Made by a program: the position numbers and the translations under genes. A stretch of DNA of 37,556 bases from Nemertoderma westbladi. Its lineage: Eukaryota; Animalia; Xenacoelomorpha. Under the pieces are notes generated by a model that was given only the letters and a program-made list of their open reading frames with translations, was not told where the DNA came from and ran no database searches. Within the stretch, counting starts at the first letter, position 1, and the number at the start of each line of letters is the position of its first letter. Shown piece after piece: positions 1 to 11,895 of this stretch. The stretch covers positions 1 through 37,556 of the forward strand of contig JAUCBJ010001281.1 of the NCBI GenBank assembly GCA_032718475.1. The letters are read 5' to 3'.

Positions 1-510
1 CCCGAACTACTACAGGGTCCTAAACTGGACCTGAACTACTGTACTACAGGGTCCTAAACTGGACCCGAACTACTACAGGGTCCTAAACTGGACCTGAACT
101 ACTACAGGGTCCTAAACTGGACCTGAACTACTACAGGGTCCTAAACTGGACCTGAACTACTACAGGGTCCTAAACTGGACCTGAACTACTACAGGGTCCT
201 AAACTGGACCTGAACTACTACAGGGTCCTAAACTGGACCTGAACTACTACAGGGTCCTAAACTGGACCTGAACTACTACAGGGTCCTAAACTGGACCCGA
301 ACTACTACAGGGTCCTAAACTGGACCCGAACTACTACAGGGTCCTAAACTGGACCTGAACTACTACAGGGTCCTAAACTGGACCTGAACTACTACAAGGT
401 CTTAAACTGGACCCGAACTACTACAGGGTCCTAAACTGGACCTGAACTACATGTACTACAGGGTCCTAAACTGGACCTGAACTACTACAAGGTCCTAAAC
501 TGGACCTGAA
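1..510. repeat. 29-bp tandem repeat (~17 copies visible, runs off the window start)
   Basis: Unit CTGAACTACTACAGGGTCCTAAACTGGAC repeated nearly perfectly; contains a small inverted repeat GGTCC-N6-GGACC; two units carry short insertions (37-43, 448-455). Confidence 0.97.
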
Positions 511-959
511 GTGAAAATCTGATATCGGAACTGGTACGCTTAGTCTCATGCCGCAGCAATAGCCTTTACTTTTCTTTATTTTTGGATAATTTAGTTGGCG
601 TGTCATTATAACCTCAACTGGTGTAAGACAAGGATAAGTTTTATTATCGACCATATTCAATATTTTAGATTTGTTGGTGCAATTGAAATGTACTGGAGGA
701 GTAGGAGTTCACGTGAAGGATGGTTTAATGGTCACAGTGCTACAGAGGCTATATTATCTTCCCTGAGTTTGAAGAGGACCTACACCTACAGTTTGTTTTA
801 GATGAGTTGCATTTATGTTGCAAGAAGTGGCTTCTGGAAATTAATGCAATAGAACAAGTTCCAGTTTTATATTTAAGAGTAATCAACTGATATTTGGGTC
901 GATTTTCCCCTGGAGAGGGATGGATTTTTATTGCGTCGAAAAGTCCCCCTAAGTGGACC

Positions 960-1545
960 GTGACCAGATAAAGCGTCCCGTTGACGCTCTTTTTGAATCG
1001 GGTTTACGGGAGCTCGGTTCGATTAAATCTAAACCATCGGCAATCGGTGGAATGCTATATATGACACCTTTACTAAAATTGTTGAAGCTGGTTTTGCCCC
1101 AATCCTGGTCTACGGATCGGTTTCCGGGATACTCACAAGATTAAACAGTTACAAGCCGCCAGATGGTTCCTGGGAGTCCTCATATTTTCCCCAAATGCCG
1201 CGGTCGAGAGAGATATGGTACCTATGGAAATGAAGTAAACATTTGGAATCGCGTAATCGACGTGGGTCCAAATCGACATGCATGCCAAGTATTTGAACTA
1301 AATTTGAAGATAATTTTGGGATGATGTAAATCGTTTGAATCGCTTTGTTTTAAGTTGGAAATTTTGGATGGATATACTGTATAACAGGGCCGGGGGAGGT
1401 ATTCTTGCTTCATACAGTATGGTTGATTCAAAGTGCTTGGAGTACTTTGAAAGCGAATGGCTAGCAGAAGTTACCGTAAAACCGAAACTCAAAACTTACG
1501 CTACATTCAAGAATGATTTCAAAGTAGAGGCTTACTGTATGTTCG
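960..1545 (+). mobile_element. Decayed non-LTR retrotransposon (CR1/L2-group) ORF2 region downstream of the RT core
   Basis: Fragmented frames read EAGFAPILVYGS, FLGVLIFSPNAAVERDM, IWNRVIDVGPNRHACQVF and KPKLKTYATFKNDFKVEAY, in the order of conserved post-RT blocks (PILDYGS, FLGV..GDMGW, FWNRL...NR, KPKLRTY..FK); stops and frameshifts present. Confidence 0.6.
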
Positions 1546-1926
1546 TTCGTTCCTTAAAGGGGCCCAGGGACCAAGGATGGGACCCGAACATGCTCAGTTT
1601 GTGCCTCCGAGATCAAAACAGAGAAGCATTTTTAATTGTACGGGCCAAGTGTTAATGAATCAAAGTCAAAATAAATTATCTAAATGATAGCAGTGTTGAT
1701 AGCATGATAGCTTAAATAGCTTGACGCATTGTATTTACCCCACCAGTTTTAACTTTAGGCCTATGAATTCAGAGTCTGATTACTGTAGGCCTACTTTACT
1801 TCACAATTGTAGTTATTAACTTTAATTTAGTTTTAGGTTATACTGTAGGTTATATACAGTATTATGCATAACAATGTACTGAATATATTAATTTAGTTGA
1901 TGTACAGCCCAGTCTCAGATTTTGAA

Positions 1927-3342
1927 TTAGTAGTAACTACAGTATTTCTTCTGAATTATTCCACGTTGTCGCTCCGATATGGCGGCAACCAACGCCGCTC
2001 CCATCACTGACGCTTCTCCTGTAGAGGCAAAAGTAAACTTTAGCGAACTCAAATCGGTCAGGTAGTCATGGAAACGGCGACGGAAGGCGCAGTGTTTCTC
2101 GTACAACGCGCCACTCACCGTAATAACCGAGGGGCCCACACGAGCCAATAGCGAGGCTGTTGCCGCAGCAACAAGTACAGCGCCTCGGTGAGTCACAACC
2201 TCGCACACTCTTCGCAGGATGAGGTCAGTGACCTTCGAATATTTAATACCGGGCAATTTTTTGTTGTCAATTTCAAGGACCGTCGTGTATTTCTTCCCAT
2301 CGCTTATAGCTGCCACGATTTTGGTTGGTAAGGAATAAGGCTGTTGGAACTCATTTAGTACATCTGGCTGAATAGGAACACCCTTCTGGGATAGTTCTAC
2401 AACTATCTTTCGAACTATCTCCCCTTGGTAGAATCCACTGAATAGCTTCTCGAATCGAAAAAAACCAGGATGCGCTGATTCCTTGTCAATATCTATATCG
2501 ATCGCGGTTAGCTGGCTGTCCATAATACCTGAATCAATTATCGCACCCCAATCTGTCTCTATAATTCCACTTCCTGGATTTATGACGTCACTTCCGGTAT
2601 TCACCATGTCACTTTCGTTGCCAGTATCCATGTAGCATGCGTTTGTTCCGGTACCCAATATTATACTAATCTTACTTTCCGGTTCGCAAAAATTCCCGGC
2701 AACCAAAGTTCCAGTGGCGTCGTTAATAATAGCCACAACATCAACCTTGCTTTGCAGCCGATACCTCCATATGGCTGACCGCAACCTAGAAGCCATCTCA
2801 CAACCTATTCCGTCAGTAATCCGAAAGTTCTTCGTCCAACCAATCAGAGTAGCCTGATGTAAATCCAGCTGGACGGTAGGCAAACTGAAAGTAAATCCAA
2901 GTGGAATAGGAAATTTATGCGACAATCCGACGTTGTCTATAAACTTATGTATATTGGATACGATGTAATCCATTAACTGATCGACTGTGCCAGTCATTAC
3001 AACCTCCGGTACTACGTCTTTATACAGACAATGTCTGACGATTTTCCGGCCGACAATCTCGAGGTAACAGATACGGAAATTGGTTCCACCCAGGTCGAGT
3101 CCCATATAGCTGCCGTTCTCCGTACCATTAATGAACTCGGTCACATACGTTCTGCCCATTTTCAACCCACCTGTGTTTTTGTTTCCCGATAGTGTGTTGG
3201 ATAGATTTTTTGACATTTCATTCTCAAATAGTTCTTTTATACTCGAAATTTTGTCTTTGTTGATTATAAAAGGTAATAATACGCCATCCACAATATTTTT
3301 AATGTTTGCGTCAGGTAGTTTGAACTCTGATAATTTATCCAT
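1927..3342 (-). CDS. Hexokinase, single ~50-kDa domain type, intronless CDS, divergent
   Basis: 471-aa ORF with hexokinase motifs LDLGGTNFR, PLGFTFS-P, WTK, catalytic ND (IINDATGTL), GTGTNACY, FEK..SG.Y.GEIVR and GAAL. A polypyrimidine tract + AG lies just upstream of the ATG on the - strand (ccttctctgcttcattcag tttccag ttATG), suggesting a 5'UTR intron. Confidence 0.95.
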   Translation of the reverse strand: MDKLSEFKLPDANIKNIVDGVLLPFIINKDKISSIKELFENEMSKNLSNTLSGNKNTGGLKMGRTYVTEFINGTENGSYMGLDLGGTNFRICYLEIVGRKIVRHCLYKDVVPEVVMTGTVDQLMDYIVSNIHKFIDNVGLSHKFPIPLGFTFSLPTVQLDLHQATLIGWTKNFRITDGIGCEMASRLRSAIWRYRLQSKVDVVAIINDATGTLVAGNFCEPESKISIILGTGTNACYMDTGNESDMVNTGSDVINPGSGIIETDWGAIIDSGIMDSQLTAIDIDIDKESAHPGFFRFEKLFSGFYQGEIVRKIVVELSQKGVPIQPDVLNEFQQPYSLPTKIVAAISDGKKYTTVLEIDNKKLPGIKYSKVTDLILRRVCEVVTHRGAVLVAAATASLLARVGPSVITVSGALYEKHCAFRRRFHDYLTDLSSLKFTFASTGEASVMGAALVAAISERQRGIIQKKYCSYY

Positions 3343-4285
3343 AACTGGAAACTGAATGAAGCAGAGAAGGCCAGTACGAATAAAACTGAAATATATTTAC
3401 ATTAAAACTACTAGAAGTATCTAAAGGAGGACGTCTTGGTAAGGACTATACATTTAGTAGGGCCATACATACTGTACGGTGGAAGATGTAAATCATTTAG
3501 GGGGGGGGGGGGGGGGGGGGGGTTAAAATATTTAGTTTTGCCTTTTTATGAAAATTAATTAATATTTATTAATATTTGGCAGCAAACATTTAACAAATTT
3601 TTTGTTTTAATCAGAAAAATTGGCTATAAATTAAATATAAAATTAAATTAAAATTATATATAAATTTAAACCGAGAAATTTTAAAGAACGGCCGTTACCC
3701 TTTCGAATTGGTCAAAAATAAAGCAAATTGGTTGAAAAATGGCGGAGGAGTAGTATTTTGAAAAATGCCATTCCGAGATAATTGCTTTTTTCAAAGATTA
3801 ATCATCCCCCCCCTTAAGTGCTCATAAAGGCACCAGTCTGATAAAGATAAAAATAATATTTTTGAATTAATTTCACATAATTTTTGCCCTTTTTGATCAC
3901 TAGACGTTTATTTCAGAATAATCAATTTTAATTAAACAAATGGACTAATAATAATTGTGAAAATGTTTCTACAACAAATACTGTAAATTACTTTTCTTCC
4001 ATATTATTTCGTGGCTATAAGTAAATATTGTTTATATAATTTACAATTGCATTAAACGTTATAAATATTACAATAAGCACATTAATGTACTAATGGGATA
4101 ATATGTTAGTCTGTTCCTTACTATTCTATTATGTCACTGTATTACAGTACGTACCGCTTGGGTTCCGCTTGTACAGTATGTGGTTATTCTATTTACCATT
4201 ACGAAGGATGTAATCATCACTCCAAGGAAGAATGACAGAATATTGATTAGTAATGAAGCTTCACTCCATGGATGGATAATAGGGA

Positions 4286-4944
4286 GGTACGTACTAAAAG
4301 GTAGAACGATCTATAACGGGCTATAACGATCTATAACGGGCTATAAAGGGCTATAATTTCCTATAAACAGGCTATAACCACCTATAACGAGCTATAATAT
4401 GAAAATTTACATTAAAAAAACGCCCATTGGGTGTGTTTAACTTTTGGATTAACAAGGTGGTCTGAAAAATCCCGCAGGTTAAAAATTAGGGTAGGCCTAT
4501 CTGCCTATGCCTAATTGATACTGGTAAGTTTTTTTTATTGGCCTATATTGCTCACATTCCTGTATTCTATATCGACCAGAAGCTGACAGCGGATATAGCA
4601 GGATGGAGGATAGACAGAGAGATGAGAGACCTCTCCTCTGCTGCACTGTCGGTAAGTCAGATAATGCAGTAGTGGCATGCTAACTAATGCAGTAATGACT
4701 GATTTCGTGATACCACAAAGATTAAAAGCATTATGGACTAAAAAACCAATTTGCGTAATTAAATTACTGACTAGGATAATAAATCCATTCTAAAATAGGT
4801 TTTTTTATTGCAAATTTTCAGATTATAGCTCGTTATAGGTGGTTATATCTTGTTATGGGGAAGTTATAGCCCGTTATAGATCGCTTTAGCCCGTTATAGA
4901 TCGTTATAGCCCGTTATAGATCGTTCTACCTTTTAGTACGTACC
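4286..4944. mobile_element. Non-autonomous MULE/foldback-type MITE
   Basis: Termini GGTACGTACTAAAAGGTAGAACGATCTATAAC... and its reverse complement; ~125-bp TIRs built from 10-bp CTATAAC subrepeats; exact 9-bp TSD TAATAGGGA at 4277-4285 and 4945-4953. Confidence 0.9.
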
Positions 4945-5585
4945 TAATAGGGAGTAGATGTATACTAATACTACTGTACCACTGTATACAGTAGGCCTAC
5001 AGTAACAGTTACCGACAACGAATGCAATTGGATATAATTATGTTTACCAGTAATATTACTGCAGGGAAGGGAGCTAATGCTAAATAAGTGAGTTGCAGAC
5101 TACAGCACGCACAGAAGCTTTAAAGGTTTATTCGAACACGCAACCACTTATAAATAAGAAAACAAAAGCTTTTAATTAACAAACAGGAACATTATTGCGG
5201 CAAATTGTTGGTGCTGCTTCCCGTATGTAAGCTTCCGGTAGTTTCTGGGAGTGAGTTAGGTTTCTCTTACTTTTATTTCCCTTCCTTCCTTTTTCTCAGA
5301 CTTAGTCTTGCTAACATTTCCTGGCTTGGCCTTCTGTGAATACCATCTACAGTACAGTGTAGCGAGCCGTCCTCCAGTACAATGTGACACATGTCATGTC
5401 ATATGGTAATGTGTCATATTAAGTCACTCATGGTGATATTAAATTATTATGTTAAAATGAACATACAATTTTTAAAGTCAGTACCAATTGACTACTTGAC
5501 AGATAATATAATATAATAAATTAAATAAAATCCAGAGAGTTTGTTGGTCCATGCAAACCATGGTTCCATAATCATACTGTAATAT

Positions 5586-7418
5586 CGGGCGAGCCATGAA
5601 AGTAAGCGAGGTTAGCATTGGGGTACCACTAACTCAATCGGTGTGTCTGTTGATCTGTTATTCTGTTGATCTGTTATGCCCAATTTTAAACGTTAATAAC
5701 TCGGCCAATCCTTGTTGAAATCTAACCAAACTTGGTACACAAGTTGTTTGGCAAAATAAATAAATAAATTTTCCAAGTTGAATTTCCGTGTGGCCTTCGA
5801 GAAGCTAAGATAAAAGCAGTTGCTTCGTTGATTAAGTTGATTACGGTATAAAACAGCATTTTGTCTGCAGCCCTTTATTGGAAATTAATTATTTTCTAAT
5901 ATAAGATTTAAACAAAGCGATAATCCCCATACTCCATTCCATTATAGTTTTTAATTAGTTCAAGTGATTAGCTTTAAGAGTATTTAATCAATCGTGATTC
6001 TTTAAAATAATTTGCTAAATTATTTCGTTGAGGCGTTGACATGATAAATTGGATAGATATTTTTACAGAACACAAGCGAACACAGTGGAAAATACTGTAG
6101 AAAGAGCACAAAAAAATAACACCGGGTACCAACTTTTAGATAAAATTTGCCGCGCGTTACTTTTCTATAAGTAAATTCCCGAAATTATTGAATAAAATTG
6201 TCGCGAAATTAAATATTCATTTCTTATCAGATCAGGCCTAGCCTAAGCCTACAACTAATTTTTAACCTACAGTACTGTAGTAGTAGGCCTAAGTTAAGTC
6301 TGGTTAGCACCGGAAAAGAGATCCCTAACCAGTACCTGCCAGGGTAGGTACCGAACCTGGACCCAGCTCTTTATTTTCCAGTGCAGCAGTAGGCAGGTAG
6401 GTTCCGGTATCTATGTTGTACCGACGTGTTGTACCGTACGTCATGTACAGTACGTAAAGTAACGGGCCTAACTTCCTAATTCATATTATCATCAATCAGT
6501 CCCAGCCCAAGCTATTCCAGTCCGCAGGCAAACAGGCCTATTAGCTAACCCGCTATTACTGTACTATATACAACACGTATATACAATATGTAACAGGTAC
6601 GGTACCCGATAGGCTTCCCTATATAGTTTGTTATACAGTACAACAGTACACAACAAATGATAGGCCTACCTGATAAGAAATGAATATTTAATTTCGCGAC
6701 AATTTTATTCAATAATTTCGTGGATTTACTTATAGAAAAGTAACGCGTGACTAATTTTATCTAACAGTTGGTACCCGGTGTTATTTTTTTGTGCTCTTTA
6801 TATTTTCGACTGTGTTCGGCAGTTTTTGGTGTGTGTTCGGGTGTGTTCTTGTGTGTTCGCTTGTGTTCTGTCAAAAGAACTATCCTGATAAATTAATATC
6901 TCAGTATCAATACTATCGGCATAAGGTAAGTTTTAATATTTTTTACAAATTGTGTCGCCTCCACATCTAAAATATTTAATATATTACTTTATGAGTTTAA
7001 CATGTTTATTGTTTACCAATAACATAAGTTTATTGATTTCTTTGTTGGTTAAGTAAAATTAATATTATGCTACTGTATCTTTAATTATTTTTTGCTAGAA
7101 ATTTGGGTTGTTTGTATATTTGTGAATCGCTTCCAGTTGTATTTTGTGTTATATTAATAATAAATATAATATATTATATTAAAACACAAATTTCCGGATA
7201 ATACCTGCCTCTCATCAATCCTGTGTGCGCCTTTGGGTTGGGGTGGTGCAGATTAAGAGGGAGGTTGAAGGCGGGGGGGGGGGGGGGCTTTTTTTCCCTC
7301 TCTTTGATTTACTGGTGTTTTCTTGAATATCGAGTTTATGATGCAGTAGTATCGCTCAATATTAATCTGTATCTCATAAACTAAGCCTCGTGCTGCGCGA
7401 AGGCCCCACGGACGTGTA
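5586..7418 (+). mobile_element. HINE/DINE-1-like non-autonomous element, interrupted by a MITE
   Basis: 5' GGGCGAGCCATGAAAGT..TTAGCAT, short CTGTT repeats, AATAACTCGG..AAACTTGGT block; 3' CGTGCTGCGCGAAGGCCCCACGGACGTGTA. Both ends are shared with copies at 12826, 23694 and 30896. Confidence 0.55.
6051..6885. mobile_element. Non-autonomous MULE-type MITE with ~190-bp TIRs
   Basis: Termini GGATAG...CTATCC; arms 6051-6240 and 6661-6885 are reverse complements; exact 9-bp TSD TGATAAATT at 6042-6050 and 6886-6894. Confidence 0.9.
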
Positions 7419-10035
7419 TTATTTGAGCATGATGGTTCCTTGTTGGCCGCGAGACCGTAGTACTGTAGTCGAAAATCAGCTGATGACGCTTAGTAAACGC
7501 ACTGAGAGTTTGTAGCAGTTCTTAATAAAATTCATGTTTACTGTTTCCTGCAGTGTTAGGCTGCCCTGTTCTAAGCGACTTGCGATGTTCTTGAAACAGT
7601 ATTTTGCAGTGAGCAGCATTCCTAACGAAGGCATTGGGCATTTCTTGAAGGCGAGATTATAGGCACTGCCAATTCCAGGGTATCGTTTTTTCCTACTTCC
7701 AATAAGTGTGATACAATGGCCAGCTTGCACATATTATGAGCAATAAGGGCTATGTCCGATTCTTGTTAATGTTCTTAGAATTGTTCAGCTGATGGCTTCA
7801 TGCGAGAAATTGTTGGAACCCAACAGGTTGTACTGTATATAATTGTGTCACTTACTTACTTACCTCTCCAAACAAAGTAGACGTCACATAAGGCTCTGTA
7901 ATGCATATCTAACGTTGCAATCTAACCATTCTTATAAATAATTGCGGTGTGGATTACATTCTAGGTCTTAGAAAAAAGATGGGGTAATGGAAACTATAGA
8001 CTATGGGTAGCTATAGATTGACCTATCTATACCATGGCCGGCATTTTGAACATCTCTACTTATGCGCAATATGTTTAGTTAAAATTAAAAACTCAATAAA
8101 AGATCAAATCAAAAACCAAAAAAAGCCTTGTCTTTTTTGTGTAATTCCGTAACGTAATGTTTGCGATATTAAAAATAATAAATCCGAGGCAAATTGAATA
8201 AAACTAACGAAACCAATATGTTCTATTATAATTTGTCTTACTATGCTCCACAAATTAAAGTTAATTTAAGTCATCTTCGAAACACCAGGTAACACTTTAT
8301 CTGGAAAAAGTCGTGCGAAATGTAATTCCGTAACGATGAAATTCATGTCATTTATCATATAATACATTATTTTAGTACCTTAATATGTATTCCAATAGAT
8401 GCGGAATAGATGTTTTAGGTATTTGTGCGCAGTTTAAGCCTGAAGCTAGGATGTGGAACACAATAAATAATTTATTGATAATTTTGGATCAACCCTCCTT
8501 ACTCTCCCCTACTTTAAATTTGAAACTCAACTAGTTCCACTCACTGTTGACGACCCCATAAAGCTGGAATTATCAATTTTGAATTTAAACTTTTTATAAG
8601 CGTTTTTTAAAAATGTCTTTTGCGTAATTCCAACCTTCGTATCACCGTCATTCTTCACATTTGTCTTGATTTTTTTTCATATCATTAGAAAGCTTACTGT
8701 ACGTTAAAAAGATTCCAATTACGTAACCATGTCTAAATTTTGTTTACAAACAGCTAAATAAAACAGTGGCTAAATATTACCACATAGACGATTTTTAAAG
8801 GCTTGTTGTATCGAAATACAGTAGCGCAGGAATTGAAAATCCGGCTCTGACATTAGTAAGAAAAGTTGTCGAACAATCATCATACCAATTTCGTAGCATA
8901 AGTGTTAAATTTGAAATAATTAAATAATAATGGGGATGGGAAATCTGTTTTTCTTCATAGATCGCGCATGACGTAATCTTTTTTTCCTCGTTACTTGCAT
9001 ACTGTCTTACTGTCATAGGCCCTACGTCTCCAATCGAGGTAAATTTATCATAAATCAGGTGACCAGTAAAATTTGCATGACGTAACTACGATACCGTTTA
9101 CTGGTTTAGGCCTATAGCTGAACGGTAAACTGTACAGTACATCAGTACATGTAACAGGTATTGTCTGATTGTTATCAATGATAGACTGATGAGTCATTAC
9201 TTATAAAATTTTGCTCAAATCTTTCAATCCTACAATCAGCAAGTTACTGAGTTATCCTTTAAAGTTTCCCTGACAGCTCGATGTAAGTGTACAGTCTGAC
9301 AGTACAGCAGTAACCAGTACTGCAGTACCCAGTACTGCAGTACAGGCATACAGCTGTACAGGCAGATCTGCAGATAGCTGGATAGGCCTAATTGTATGCA
9401 GGACTGGAGCGGACTAGCGGAGGAAGGGGCCCACGCCGCGCGCCCCCACCTCCATCGCTCCATCTACGATCCACCACCACCATCTGCTAACTGCTACCGG
9501 TTTGCCGGTACCATATACAGATATACTGATATAGGCCTAGCAGTACTGCAGTATAGGGCTGTACAGCTGTAGGGTCTAGCTAGTCAGCTAGAGGGGGGCC
9601 TACAGATACCGGCAGACACCATACTGCCATACTGTCATACTGCTGGACTGTAGGATATATTTGATAGGTATCAGTTTAGCCTATAGATTATTTTTCATTA
9701 TTTATATCAGATCAGTAGTACCTAGGAGCAGGAGCTTTACTACTGTACTACCAGCAAGCTCAGAAGCTGGCAAGTGGCAGTGCTGCAGTCAGGCAGTGTT
9801 GAGTTCTGCTGACCCTGCAGCCCTGACCTGACCCTCACTGCAGTTTCCAGTTTCGGTTTAGCAGTTTAAATTATGGTTACAAAGCCTTGGATTGTAGGCT
9901 ATGAGCAGATGAGTTAAATAGAATAGGTCAGTAGGTCTACCTACTTAGCCCTACCCCTCCTCATACAGTCAGAGTGTCACACTGTCATACGGAACCCAAA
10001 CGTGAACGACATCCGTTTCACATACCTGGAGCGCC

Positions 10036-10102
10036 ATGGATCAGCGAACTCTGATCGAACCCGATGAGCAATTTGATTTTTTGTTTAAAATAGTTGTCAT
10101 TG
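10036..10102 (+). CDS. RAB43: Rab43 (Rab19/43 subfamily) GTPase, coding exon 1
   Basis: GCCATGG start; MDQRTLIEPDEQFDFLFKIVVI-G matches the Rab43 N-terminus (DEQYDFLFK); donor G|GTAAGT, phase 1. Confidence 0.9.
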
Positions 10103-10501
10103 GTAAGTACGGCTGTACGCTAAGCCTATATGCAGCTAGCAGATATAATAGACCTACAGTAATACTTACTGGCAAATGGTTTATTTTTATAGATTATTAG
10201 AACACTTTACTGTATTAACAATTCGTTTGTATGATGCAATATAAGCGAAATTATGCATATTTATATTTGTGAATTGAACAGGGAGTGAGTTTAACCCAAG
10301 AGTGGGTTAAACTTTCCCCCCACTAAAAACGTCACTCTACTAAATTATTTACTTATACCTGTCCTGTGTGTGTCTCCGTATCCCCATTGCTATTACATTC
10401 GATGACTGGATCAGGCTACCGGTATATGGGGGGGGGGGGGGGGGGGGGGGGGCTACGAGGTAATAATATTAATATGATTATTATGACTGTTTTATTTCCA
10501 G

Positions 10502-10632
10502 GTGACGCATCTGTTGGTAAGACGTGCATTGTGCAGCGTTTTAAACACGATACTTTTATCGAGAGGCACAGCAGTACTATTGGAGTTGACTTTACTATGA
10601 AAACAGTCACTATTGATAATAAGCGGATAAAG
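10502..10632 (+). CDS. RAB43: Rab43 GTPase, coding exon 2
   Basis: Acceptor tttatttccag; encodes GDASVGKT P-loop and [11 protein letters not shown] switch I; donor AAG|GTACGG, phase 0. Confidence 0.93.
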
Positions 10633-10914
10633 GTACGGTACCGAAATATTTAATGAAAATATAAGTCGATATTTATTTATGATAGGATCACGAAATTGAA
10701 TTCATAATAAAATCTACCACTACCTTGAAAATATATGGTAATCTCTAATTTATGGTTCTCTACATAGAACAAAATTAATTTGTAGACAGTCTGACAGTGT
10801 TTTATCTGATTTGTAAGATTCATTACATCATATTTTGACTTCCAAATATCTTGTTCAATTACTGCTTCTATTTATGTTGTAATTTAATGCGAAAGTCATT
10901 ACAATGATACATTA

Positions 10915-11090
10915 AAGCAGCTTTGTCTATTGGTGAGGAAGACATTCTTCTGTTCTCAAACAAGAAGCCCTGATTCGACCCTTTGACGAGGCAGCACTGT
11001 CTGGGCACAATGCTTTAAATGCTGACGCCTAGCCCAACCCAGGCTTTCATCCTTGACAGGTCGATAAATGGGAACCAAGGCAACTTGGGA
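10915..11090 (+). mobile_element. Possible degenerate tRNA-derived SINE in Rab43 intron 2
   Basis: A-box-like TTGTCTATTGG (10923), B-box-like GATTCGACCC (10972), then CCCAACCCAGGCTTTCATCCTTGACAGGTCGATAAATG, resembling a conserved central domain of widespread metazoan SINEs (from memory). Confidence 0.4.
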
Positions 11091-11472
11091 AACAGAGTGG
11101 AAGGGTTTACTGTGGAAGATCACCCATGTTGGTGAACAGGCATTCCTTTAGGAAACAGAGTGTGGAGGGATTTAATGTGGAAGATCACCCATGGTGGTGA
11201 ACAGGCATTCCTTTAGGAAACAGAGTGGAGGGATTTAATGTGGAAGATCACCCATGGTGGTGTACGGAACAGGCATCCTTTAGGAAACAGAGTGGAAGGA
11301 TTTAATGTGGAAGATCACCCATGTTGGTGAACAGGCTGCATTCCTTTAGGAAACAGAGTGGAAGGATTTAATGTGGAAGATCACCCATGTTGGTGAACAG
11401 GCTGCATTCCTTTAGGAAACAGAGTGGAAGGGTTTACTGTGGAAGATCACCCATGGTGGTGAACAGGCATTC
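11088..11472. repeat. ~63-bp tandem repeat, 6 copies, in Rab43 intron 2
   Basis: Unit GGAAACAGAGTGGAAGGGTTTACTGTGGAAGATCACCCATGTTGGTGAACAGGCATTCCTTTA with small indels. Confidence 0.95.
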
Positions 11473-11895
11473 TACTACATTTTGATTAATTAATATTAGA
11501 TATCATAAAAAAAACATGGTTGTGCTTGAAACCCAAGGCTTTTACATTTTTTACTCTAAAAACACGAAAGTTATTTGACGTGATGGAGCAAAAAGGGTGG
11601 GGGAACATATCTATCAGACGGATTTGTAGAAAAATGATAGTTGCGTCGTTAAGTGGTTTTACAAATTGGTTGCAAATTGCAAATCTCTTCATTCTACTCC
11701 CGCCATCTTGGAATACATCGGGAAGTAACACCATTCTGGGGTGCAATGAAGTACAGTATACACTAGTTACTATACCGCATACACTTACTGCACTACACTA
11801 TACACGTTTTCCCCTATTACACTATACAATATACACCAGTCATTCTAACAACTCCATTCACATTTATATTGCTATTCCATTTATATTTATTGCAG

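Noticed and set aside
1-510. CRISPR-like appearance of the 29-bp hairpin-containing repeat (also considered for the 63- and 66-bp arrays)
   Set aside because: Units are contiguous with no unique spacers, there are no cas genes, and the context is eukaryotic.
3499-3818. Kolobok-like MITE bounded by G-run and C-run+TTAA; also lone TIR-like ends at 35676 (GGCCAGTTTACAC) and 36492 (CAGTGGCGGATTTAG)
   Set aside because: Left TTAA imperfect or partner ends not found; insufficient support.
7476-7730. 84-aa minus-strand ORF
   Set aside because: No recognisable motif; at most a very decayed LINE fragment.
7849-7900. Strong minus-strand donor GAG|GTAAGT as the hexokinase 5'UTR exon
   Set aside because: Equally explained as an RTE-type 3' tail remnant (GCCTTATG...GAGG(TAAG)n); cannot be decided without transcripts.
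8965-9085. Two GCATGACGTAA (CRE/ATF-like) motifs ~1 kb upstream of Rab43
   Set aside because: Short motifs in a probably repeat-derived region; no TSS or conservation evidence.
11110-11135. GATCACCCATGT identical to part of the MS2 operator hairpin
   Set aside because: The 5' arm (ACATGAG) is absent so the MS2 stem cannot form; a 12-nt match is unremarkable.
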